DNA of 64,000 nt, from positions 3,913 through 67,912 of the forward strand of contig JAPPMC010000194.1 in assembly GCA_028819235.1 (NCBI GenBank), written 5' to 3'. Positions within the stretch are counted from its first letter, which is position 1; each line of letters starts with the position of its first letter. Of the stretch, positions 37,550-45,361 are shown piece by piece. The notes beneath the pieces were generated by a model. That model searched no databases, was not told the origin of the DNA, and saw nothing but the letters and a program-made list of their open reading frames with translations. A program made the position numbers and the translations under genes. The DNA comes from Bryobacterales bacterium (lineage in GTDB: Bacteria; Acidobacteriota; Terriglobia; Bryobacterales; UBA6623).

Positions 37550-38102
37550 CCTCTCGCTCCCCGAACTCGCTTCCCCCGATGATCACGCCGTGCCGGAGGA
37601 AGGCTCCTGGAGTCTCGGCGTAGTCCCAGATGCGAAACCCGCCGAAGACGGGCAGCGGCACCCAGATCATGTCCAGGAATCGCCGTGGATCGTCGCACCA
37701 CGGCGGCACGGGATGGTCGTGCGTGATGGCTATGTGCTCCGCCGTGGCCGCCAGCAGCGCGTCCCAATTGGTGTGCGTGAGCCGGGGCGGCCTGCGGAGG
37801 GCGAATTCCTGCCTGTCCCGCGTGGACTGGTGGAACCGGCGCGGCAGGTCGGAGATCAGCATGCGGTAGCGCTCGTCGTCGTCCCGACCGTTCTCGATGC
37901 AGCCGACGTATTCTGCGACGTGCCAGTGAGGCTGGGGAGGCAGCGGCCTCCCACGGGAGTCACGCCCCGCAGCAAGATCGGCCGTGAGCTTGGCTGAGCG
38001 CTCAGCAGCGCGCCGGATGAGAGCCTCCATGCTGCGGCGCTCCTCGCCGACACCCCCGGCTCGGTCAGTTCCCGCCATGCTGCGACGTGTCCAGTATGGC
38101 AA
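37494..38102 (-). CDS. Hypothetical protein, upstream overlapping partner of the NTase-like gene
   Basis: 202-aa ORF with reasonable composition (…FALRRPPRLTHTNWDALLAATAEHIAITHDHPVPPWCDDPRRFLD…). Its 3' end overlaps the NTase ORF by about 44-56 nt. I recognised no domain. The likely start is internal (MEALIRRAAERS). Confidence 0.4.
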   Translation of the reverse strand: MPYWTRRSMAGTDRAGGVGEERRSMEALIRRAAERSAKLTADLAAGRDSRGRPLPPQPHWHVAEYVGCIENGRDDDERYRMLISDLPRRFHQSTRDRQEFALRRPPRLTHTNWDALLAATAEHIAITHDHPVPPWCDDPRRFLDMIWVPLPVFGGFRIWDYAETPGAFLRHGVIIGGSEFGEREGEREYGAVFRRYPGGRLS

Positions 38103-38323
38103 AGGGGCCCGCCGTGCTTCCAGGGATCCAAGAGCGAGTGATCACCGGGATGGCGAAAGCCCGCACTCACGCTCCCGCTCGCGCCCCACTTGGCGGATCA
38201 AGTGTACGAGACCCCTCGGATCCGACACGAGTGGCTTGCCACTAAAGCACAGCCCCCCAGCGACTGGCCGGCGGGCACGGTGAGAATGACGTTGTTGCGT
38301 CCGATCCGGCGTATCGGCACCTC

Positions 38324-38509
38324 AGACGGCCAGTCGGAGTGCCTATGCGGATCTGAGACTACGACCGGGGCGGCGGTCAGGAGTCGCGCCGCCAGGCCCG
38401 CGCAAGTGACGGCTGTCGCGATTGCACGGTTGACCGCAGGCCCGAGGGCGCACGCTGGGAGGGGGGGCGAATTGATGGATGGCTGTTCAGCGAACGCTTG
38501 GCCCGACAT
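38324..38509 (-). pseudogene. Truncated duplicate of the 5' end (signal-peptide region) of the 832-aa hydrolase gene
   Basis: ORF 38198-38509 reads ...PLPACALGPAVNRAIATAVTCAGLAARLLTAAPVVVSDPHRHSDWPS, versus MRQFAPLPARAFGPAVARAIATAVTCAGLAAQILTAAPVVVSDPHRHSDWPS at 35226. Similarity stops abruptly at 38324. The original ATG is lost. Confidence 0.8.
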
Positions 38510-38690
38510 GCGCCCAACGAGTTAGCGGATTGGTCCGAGTCCGGCCAAGGCACAGACGGCGCTGGCGCCTCACCAACCCCGGCGGGCGTGGGCCGTCCAG
38601 CCCAAGCAAGAACACGATATCAGCGGTCGAGCACTCAGTCCCGCTTCCGAGAGGTCCAAAGGCGCAACATCAGATAGGCCGAGGTCGGCA
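38324..38690. repeat. Copy B of the ~360-bp dispersed direct repeat
   Basis: See copy A (35071-35430). Both copies have the same orientation and are separated by about 2.9 kb. Confidence 0.8.
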
Positions 38691-38713
38691 AGACAGACCG
38701 CTGAGACTCCCGT

Positions 38714-39454
38714 CTAGCATGTTCGGGGACAGCGCGGGCGTCGTCCGCAAGACCCTGAGAGCCCTCCAGATCTTTGCGAGACATCCTCAACACGGGTGTT
38801 CTCCTGATCGGGAACATCGGCATCCTGCCTGTGCCAGCTAGCGTCCGCGCGAGGCCACTGATGAGGACGGGCCATCACAGGGGCTTTCGCAACATCGAAG
38901 ACGTAGTCAATGAAGCGCTTGGCCCTCTCCGAATCATGCGTCCGCGTCCCTTGGCTGGATTGACCGCGTGGGACGTCGGGGCGCAAGTTGCTAGGGATTC
39001 GCAGCGGCTCGGCCCCGAAGTAGGCGAACCGCGTCGCGATCAAGGCATACATCCCTCCTAGGTCACGAGCCTTCTCACTGGCTCCGTGATGGCCGTTGGG
39101 CAACTGCTCGAATTCATTCGTGTCGGTAGCGTGCGGAACAAGGGGTCTGTAGATGTTGTCTCCGCACCTGTACACTTTCGCGACCGGATCATTGCGAGGG
39201 ATTCTGGACTGGAACCGACCATCACGGAAGTAGTCCGCCAAGGCGACTTTCTCGTCGACCTGCATCAGGAACACGAGTCTCTCCTCGCCAGGAGGGTGAC
39301 CGCAGAGAGCCTTGGAAGTGAACCCGGCAACCCAGTCGCCTTCGCACTTGCTCCTACGGATCCCTGGCTTGCAAGTCGCGAGCGTCAGGAAGCCCCAGAA
39401 CGGATTCGGAGCGAATCCGCTGTCATGTGTCATTTTGTACGCAAACAGCCGCAT
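38714..39454 (-). CDS. Conserved hypothetical protein with N-terminal Y-x-M-T-H-D-S-G-F-A-P-N-P-F ... T-L-A-T-C-K-P motif (possibly Nmad2-like)
   Basis: From ATG 39454: MRLFAYKMTHDSGFAPNPFWGFLTLATCKPGIRRSKCEGDWVAGFTSK... I recall this GFAPNPF/CTLAxCKPxIR signature from a widespread phage- and island-associated family, which I believe is the nucleotide-modification-associated domain 2. The upstream part of the ORF (to 39658) is not protein-like. Confidence 0.55.
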   Translation of the reverse strand: MRLFAYKMTHDSGFAPNPFWGFLTLATCKPGIRRSKCEGDWVAGFTSKALCGHPPGEERLVFLMQVDEKVALADYFRDGRFQSRIPRNDPVAKVYRCGDNIYRPLVPHATDTNEFEQLPNGHHGASEKARDLGGMYALIATRFAYFGAEPLRIPSNLRPDVPRGQSSQGTRTHDSERAKRFIDYVFDVAKAPVMARPHQWPRADASWHRQDADVPDQENTRVEDVSQRSGGLSGSCGRRPRCPRTC

Positions 39455-39828
39455 CGTCCTCGCGCGCTCTCCATGCGCGGTCTGCACCTCAGGATGCGCC
39501 GTTGCATGTCGGAATGCAAACCGGGCCTGAAGCGCCTCCAAGTCGTGGTCGGCGTGCCCGTCTCTCCAATCCAACCCTTGAATCCTTGGGAACGTACGAC
39601 GAAAGCACCCCCCAACTGCTCCATACACCTCGGAGGCACACGGTGGCCCTCCAACCACTCACGCGGTCCACGGGCACTCGCGCTGGGCTCTTGCGGCTGA
39701 TTCTCAGGTTTCACCGGAGCCGTCAATCGCCAAGACCACTCAGACGCCGGCGGCGCTGGCTTTCTCTGGCAACTAGCTCGACGACGTCGCTGTGAACACT
39801 GCGATTGCGCCCATCCAAGTGGCTGGCA

Positions 39829-41028
39829 TTATCCGTCGCGATGCAATTCAAGGCGGTGGATACGAACCAACGGCAATGCTGTGATCTTCTCTGCCAACTG
39901 GTACTCCAAGTCCCCGGGATAGACGACCCAGAGATGCCGGAGCCCCAGATCCTTGATGGCAACGCGCATGGACTTCGTGGTCCGGGGCGCGTCCGTGCAC
40001 TTGAACTCGAAGCCCCACCTGTGTCCTCGCCGCAGCAGCAGCAGGTCGAGTTCTGCTCCGCGCTGCGTCCGGTAGTAGTACGCCTGAGGTTGTCCATGGG
40101 CAATGAGCACCTGTTCCAATGCGAACCCCTCCCAACTCGCCCCATAGTGCGGATGCATTGCGAGTTCGTCCAAATCTTCCAGCCCGAGCAAGTAATGCAG
40201 AACACCGCTGTCGCGCAGGAAGACCCTCGGCGACTTGACGAGCCGTTTGCCGAGGTTCTCGAACCACGGCAGCAGCACCCGGGCCATGAAAGTACCAGCA
40301 AGGAGGTCGCGGTAGCGGTTTGCAGCGGCCGGCCTCACATCCATTGATCGGGCGACGGCAGAGGCGTTCCAGACCTGTCCGTGCCGGTGGGCGAGCATGC
40401 GCCAGAACCGGTTCAAGTTCTCGGGTGGCACGCGCGGGGCGAGGCTTGGGATGTCCCTCTCAACGAACGTGCGACTGAACGACTCCATCCAGCGGACCCA
40501 AGACGCCGAAGACGATGCGAGAAAGGCCCGCGGGAACCCGCCTCTCATCCACAGCTTGTCTTGGCTCTCTGGACCGACCTCGGCCAACGACAGCCCGGCG
40601 ACGTCCAGGAAGCGAACCCGCCCTGCAAGCGACTCCGACAGGCCCTTCACCAAGTCCGAGGACGCGCTGCCGAGCAGCAGGAAGACGCAGCGCCGGGCAG
40701 GATCGTCGCAGATCGGCCGCAGCACCTCGAACAGCCGCGGGAGGCGCTGCACTTCATCCAACACGACCAAGCCCTCTCGACGACGGAGGAGTCGGTCTGG
40801 CGTAGCGGAGAGCGCCGTGCGGGCGGCGTACTCCTCAAGATCGAACACTGTCGTCGGGCCCTCCCACTCGGAGGTCAAGAGCCTCGCCAAGGTGGTCTTA
40901 CCAACTTGGCGGGCACCGAGCACGGCAACAGCCGGAAACTCCTCAAGCCCTTGGCGGATCTGGTGCATCCGTGTTGGCCGCGGCACTAATTGTTGGATAT
41001 TCACTAGGTGAGCGATAATATACGACAA
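39829..41028 (-). CDS. AAA+ ATPase of the AAA_14/DUF4143 type
   Basis: 399 aa. Walker A VAVLGARQVGKTTLARLL and Walker B LVVLDEVQRLP. The C-terminal half (…FENLGKRLVKSPRVFLRDSGVLHYLLG…GASWEGFALEQV…YYRTQRGAELDLLL) is typical of DUF4143. Confidence 0.8.
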   Translation of the reverse strand: MSYIIAHLVNIQQLVPRPTRMHQIRQGLEEFPAVAVLGARQVGKTTLARLLTSEWEGPTTVFDLEEYAARTALSATPDRLLRRREGLVVLDEVQRLPRLFEVLRPICDDPARRCVFLLLGSASSDLVKGLSESLAGRVRFLDVAGLSLAEVGPESQDKLWMRGGFPRAFLASSSASWVRWMESFSRTFVERDIPSLAPRVPPENLNRFWRMLAHRHGQVWNASAVARSMDVRPAAANRYRDLLAGTFMARVLLPWFENLGKRLVKSPRVFLRDSGVLHYLLGLEDLDELAMHPHYGASWEGFALEQVLIAHGQPQAYYYRTQRGAELDLLLLRRGHRWGFEFKCTDAPRTTKSMRVAIKDLGLRHLWVVYPGDLEYQLAEKITALPLVRIHRLELHRDG

Positions 41029-41221
41029 TAATAGGACATCAACCTATTCGTTCTGGGTACTTCCCTTCGATTCAGCGCGAGATGGCTCGGGAGTGGGCGC
41101 CTTCGAACTCCCGGTCGTTACGTGAGACTTCCAGGCACGCAGGGCGGCGCGAGCGTACAGGCTTCCGACCCGACCGCGTGGCCGAGGCATGCACCGCAAA
41201 GGGCGCGGGCTGTATGGCAGT

Positions 41222-42586
41222 TCAGCGGCCGAGCCACTTCAACGTGTCATTGAGCGCGAGCTCTAACCGATCAAGAATCAGCCCGATCTCACTCTCTCCG
41301 ATCACCAGTGGTGGGGAGAAAGCCATCGTGTCCCCCAGCGCCCGCACGATCAGGCCGCGCTTGATCGCAAACGCCATGCATTGCAGTCCAACCTTCTTGC
41401 CGGGGTCGAATGGCTCTTTGGTGGCCTTGTCCCGAACCAGTTCGACAGCCCCGACCAAGCCGACGCCACGCACTTCCCCGACTAGCGGATGGCCCTCGAA
41501 GCGGCTGCGCAGGCCGTCCTGCAGACGAGGCGCCAAACGCCGGACCCGCTCCACGATGTCCAGCTCCTCGTAGATCTTTAGGCACTCCAAGGCTACGGCG
41601 GCGCTTAGCGGGTGGCCGCTGTACGTGAAGCCATGCGCAAAGTAGCCGATGTCGACGCTGCCCTCGCGCAAGACCCGGTACACACGCTCGTTGACGACCA
41701 CGGCCGAGATCGGCGCATACCCCGCGGACAGCTGCTTGGCCATGGTGAGAACGTCCGGGCGAATGCCGAACGTCTGCGAGCCCCACATGTTGCCCGTGCG
41801 GCCAAAGCCACAGATCACCTCGTCGGCGATGAAGAGCATGTCGTGCTTGTCGGTAACCTGTTGGATCTTCTCGAAGTAACCGCGCGGGGGCAGGAGTACG
41901 CCTCCAGCCCCCATCATCGGCTCCGCAATCATCGCTGCAACAGTGTCCGGCCCCTCGTCGAGAATCTGCGTGTCCAGCTCTTCTGCGAGCCTTGATGAGT
42001 AAGCCTCCTCTGACTCTCCGGGCAGCGCGCCGCGATAGTAGTGCGGCCGCGAAGCATGGATGACGTTGGCGATGGGTAGGTCGAACTTCAGGTGGTTGCG
42101 GAAGATTCCCGTCAGGCTGGCGGCGGCGACCGTCGACCCGTGAAAGCCGTCGACGCGGGCAACGATCTTCTTCTTGGCGGGCCTTCCCAAGGCATTGTTG
42201 TAGAACCAGACCATCTTGACGACGGTGTCGGCCGCTTCCGAGCCGGAGTTGGCGAAGAAGACCTTCGACATCGGCACTGGAGCAAGGTCAAGGATTCGCC
42301 GGGCGAGCTCGATGGCCGGCGAGTGGCTGCGCGAGCCAAACAGGTGCATGTACGGCAGCCGCAGGAGCTGGCGATAGGCAGCCTCGGCCAGTCTGGGCTC
42401 GTTGAACCCGAGCGAGGCGCACCACAGGCCCGACGCTGCTTCGATGTATTCGTTCCCGTTCTGGTCCGAGACGCACGCCCCCCGCCCCTCCTGGATCACC
42501 AACGGTCCCTGCCGCTCATGGGTGGCCGGGTCGGTGAACGGGTGCAGAAGGGAAGCAACGTCCAGGACTGTGGTGGCTTTGGGCAT
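41222..42586 (-). CDS. Class III (omega-type) pyridoxal-phosphate aminotransferase
   Basis: …EAASGLWCASLGF…FFANSGSEAADTVVKM…FIADEVICGFGRTGNMWG…TMAKQLSAGYAPISAV… The start is ATG 42586 (MPKATTVLD) or 42619. Confidence 0.85.
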   Translation of the reverse strand: MPKATTVLDVASLLHPFTDPATHERQGPLVIQEGRGACVSDQNGNEYIEAASGLWCASLGFNEPRLAEAAYRQLLRLPYMHLFGSRSHSPAIELARRILDLAPVPMSKVFFANSGSEAADTVVKMVWFYNNALGRPAKKKIVARVDGFHGSTVAAASLTGIFRNHLKFDLPIANVIHASRPHYYRGALPGESEEAYSSRLAEELDTQILDEGPDTVAAMIAEPMMGAGGVLLPPRGYFEKIQQVTDKHDMLFIADEVICGFGRTGNMWGSQTFGIRPDVLTMAKQLSAGYAPISAVVVNERVYRVLREGSVDIGYFAHGFTYSGHPLSAAVALECLKIYEELDIVERVRRLAPRLQDGLRSRFEGHPLVGEVRGVGLVGAVELVRDKATKEPFDPGKKVGLQCMAFAIKRGLIVRALGDTMAFSPPLVIGESEIGLILDRLELALNDTLKWLGR

Positions 42587-42667
42587 CTTGAGCGAGTGTA
42601 ACCCGCCTCGGCGGACCAAGACGCCCTTGGGGTTGGAACGGAGCCTTCGTCAAGGCTCGAGCGCGCC

Positions 42668-43501
42668 TTATTCCGCGATCCGGGCGCGTTCAAGGACGGC
42701 GCGGGCCTCGCGCACTGCCGGATAGTCCTCCAGCGCCCCGCCGACGCTGTAGACACCACCCCCATGCTCACGGAAGCGTCGGAGGACCGATCGCGCAGCT
42801 GCAACTTCGCCGTCGGAAGGCTGGTAGGCCTGGTTGATCAGGGGTACCTGCGAGGGATGGATCGCCGCTTGGCCCGTGAATCCCGCACGGCGCCCGCGAC
42901 CGGCCGCCTCTTGCACAGCTTCCGCATCGCGGAACTGCATCAACGGGGAGTCGAACACTTCCCTCCCGTATGCCCGTGCCGCGTTGACCACTTGCCCGCG
43001 TGCGAACACCAGTTCCGGCTCGCCTGGCGAACGCTGGATCCGAGTTGCCGCTGAGTAGTCCTCGGCACCGAACATGAGAGCCACGACGCGCTCCGAGCAG
43101 GCTGCAATGGCAGGTGCGTTCTGGACTCCGAGCGGCGACTCCAGCAACGGAAGGATGGGGATGTCGGCGGGCAGTCTTGAGAGGATGCGCCGCACTTCTT
43201 CCTCGGTCTCGCATTTCGGGACCACAATGCCGTCTGGCGAGATGGTCGACGCGGCGGCACAGTCCCGGGCGACCCATTCCGAGCCCGACGTGTTGACACG
43301 CAAGAGCACGGGGCGACCGCGGCCAGCCAAAGATGGGAAGGCCCGAGCCGTGACAGCGCGGGCGTCAGCCTTGCACGGCTCGGCGACAGCGTCCTCCCAG
43401 TCCACGATGAGAGCGTCCGCCGGAATCTGGCCAGCGCGGGCGAGCTTCCTTGCGCTGTCCCCGGGAACATAAAGGACGCTTCGGATCAAGGATAGGTCCA
43501 T
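42668..43501 (-). CDS. HpcH/HpaI aldolase / CitE-like acyl-CoA lyase family protein
   Basis: MDLSLIRSVLYVPGDSARKLARAGQIPADALIVDWEDAVA…LLRVN…IVVPKCET…LLESPLGV…MFGAEDY are CitE/malyl- or citramalyl-CoA-lyase-like motifs. Confidence 0.8.
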   Translation of the reverse strand: MDLSLIRSVLYVPGDSARKLARAGQIPADALIVDWEDAVAEPCKADARAVTARAFPSLAGRGRPVLLRVNTSGSEWVARDCAAASTISPDGIVVPKCETEEEVRRILSRLPADIPILPLLESPLGVQNAPAIAACSERVVALMFGAEDYSAATRIQRSPGEPELVFARGQVVNAARAYGREVFDSPLMQFRDAEAVQEAAGRGRRAGFTGQAAIHPSQVPLINQAYQPSDGEVAAARSVLRRFREHGGGVYSVGGALEDYPAVREARAVLERARIAE

Positions 43502-43688
43502 CTAGTGGTCCGTCACCGTCTCTGCCTCGGATAGATCGACTTGAGTCTACAGCGGGTTCCAGCTACGGTCATCCTCCCGCCAGAGGATGGAGTCGGAGAG
43601 CAATGATCGACTCGATCCGTTGCCCGCTCGCGTCAACGGGTTCGAGAGACACGCTGCGACCGGCCATCGAACCGACCAGCATTCCATA

Positions 43689-44201
43689 ATGTGCAATGTG
43701 TGCCCGTCGGCGCCGGCGTGCCCACGTGAGGGGATTGCATTGCCATACGGCCGCTACTTCGAAGACTTCGAGGTAGGGCAGGAATTCCGGCACTGGCCGG
43801 GAAGGACGATATCGGAGGCGGACGACACTTGGTTCTCCCTGCTGACGATGAACCAGCACCCCGTTCACATCGACGCGCACTACGCGGCGGGGACCCAGCA
43901 CGGGCAGCGGCTGGTCGTCGGGCCGCTGGTCTTCAGCATCGTCGTTGGGATGAGCGTCGCCGACATCAGCGGCAAAGCGATCGCCAATCTGGACTACAGC
44001 GAAGTGAAGCACGTCCGCCCCGTCTTCCATGGGGACACAATCTATGCCGAGAGCCGAATCGCGGGGCTGCGTGAGTCGCGCACCAAGCCCGACAGGGGAC
44101 TTGTCTACGTCGAGAGCCGGGGACTCAACCAGCGCAACGAGACAGTGCTAACCCTGAAGCGGACCGTCCTCGTGCCCAAGCGCGGGGCCTCCGGCACATG
44201 A
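43689..44201 (+). CDS. MaoC-family (R)-specific enoyl-CoA hydratase/dehydratase
   Basis: YFEDFEVGQEFRHWPGRTISEADDTWFSLLTMNQHPVHIDAHYAAGTQHGQRLVVGPLVFSIVVG… is a hot-dog fold MaoC signature. The start is uncertain (the ORF opens at 43587). The stop overlaps the next gene's start as ATGA. Confidence 0.8.
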   Translation: MCNVCPSAPACPREGIALPYGRYFEDFEVGQEFRHWPGRTISEADDTWFSLLTMNQHPVHIDAHYAAGTQHGQRLVVGPLVFSIVVGMSVADISGKAIANLDYSEVKHVRPVFHGDTIYAESRIAGLRESRTKPDRGLVYVESRGLNQRNETVLTLKRTVLVPKRGASGT

Positions 44202-45361
44202 CCCCAAGCCTGACCCCGGAACAGCGATCCATTCGCCGGGCAGTCCTTGAGGTGTGCGCTGACTTCCCCGGGGAATACTGGCGCGATCTTGACGAGCGGC
44301 GGGCCTATCCTTCCGAACTCGTGCGCGCGCTAACCGAGGGCGGATGGCTGGCGGCGCTCATCCCGGAGCGCTATGGCGGAGCCGAGATGGGGATTCTCGA
44401 GGCCAGCCTGATCATGGAGGCCATCAACGCATCCGGCGGGAACGCCGCCGCCTGCCACGCCCAGATGTACATCATGGACGTGATCACGCGGCACGGGAGC
44501 GAGGAGCAGCGCCAGCGCTACCTTCCGGCGCTGGCGGCCGGACGGCTGCGCCTTCAGGCCTTTGCGGTCACCGAGCCGACGACCGGGTCGGACACGACCC
44601 AGCTGCAGACCAAGGCCCGGCTTCACGGGGACATGTACGTGGTCCACGGACAGAAAGTGTTTACGTCACGCGTCGAGCACTCGGACCTCATGCTGCTGCT
44701 TGTGCGCACAACTCCCGCGGACGAGGTGGAGAAGAAGACCGACGGCATCTCAGTACTTCTTGTCGACCTGCACGAGGCCCGCGGACGCGGACTCGAGGTG
44801 CGACCGCTTCGGACGATGCTCAACCACCACACCTGCGAGGTCTTCCTGGACGGGCTCGAAGTCCCCGCCAAGAACCTCATTGGGCGCGAGGGCGCCGGCT
44901 TCCGGGCGCTGCTGGACGGACTGAACGCCGAACGGATCCTGATCGCGGCCGAGTGCATCGGGGACGGAGATTGGTTCTTGAAGACAGGCTGTCGGTACGC
45001 CCGGGAGCGGGTCGTGTTCGGCCGTCCCATCGGGCAGAATCAGGGCATCCAGCTGCCTCTCGCCCTAGCGCACGCCCACGTGCGGGCCGCAGACCTGATG
45101 CGCTTCCACGCTGCGAGGCTGTACGACTCGGGCCAGCCGTGCGGAGCGCAGGCCAACATGGCCAAGCTGTTGGCAGCGGACGCATCTTGGGAAGCCGCGA
45201 ACGCTTGCCTACAGACCCACGGAGGCTTCGGCTTCGCGACCGACTATGACGTCGAGCGCAAGTTCCGGGAGACCAGGCTTTACCAAGTCGCCCCGGTCTC
45301 GACCAACCTCATCCTGACCTATCTGGCGGAGAGGGAGCTCGGCTTGCCTCGGTCCTACTGA
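44198..45361 (+). CDS. Acyl-CoA dehydrogenase family protein
   Basis: 387 aa. …RLQAFAVTEPTTGSDTT…VHGQKVFTS…ERILIAAECIG…RVVFGRPIGQNQGIQ…THGGFGF…RETRLYQVAP. Confidence 0.85.
   Translation: MTPSLTPEQRSIRRAVLEVCADFPGEYWRDLDERRAYPSELVRALTEGGWLAALIPERYGGAEMGILEASLIMEAINASGGNAAACHAQMYIMDVITRHGSEEQRQRYLPALAAGRLRLQAFAVTEPTTGSDTTQLQTKARLHGDMYVVHGQKVFTSRVEHSDLMLLLVRTTPADEVEKKTDGISVLLVDLHEARGRGLEVRPLRTMLNHHTCEVFLDGLEVPAKNLIGREGAGFRALLDGLNAERILIAAECIGDGDWFLKTGCRYARERVVFGRPIGQNQGIQLPLALAHAHVRAADLMRFHAARLYDSGQPCGAQANMAKLLAADASWEAANACLQTHGGFGFATDYDVERKFRETRLYQVAPVSTNLILTYLAERELGLPRSY

Noticed and set aside
37494-37560. The possibility that the 202-aa ORF and the NTase-like ORF are one gene split by a frameshift (both contain an IIGG segment near the overlap).
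   Set aside because: The NTase-like ORF has a plausible N-terminus of its own (MEPFSVDTLEAAFRELSEEL) typical of such proteins. The IIGG resemblance is only 4 residues. I kept them as two overlapping genes.
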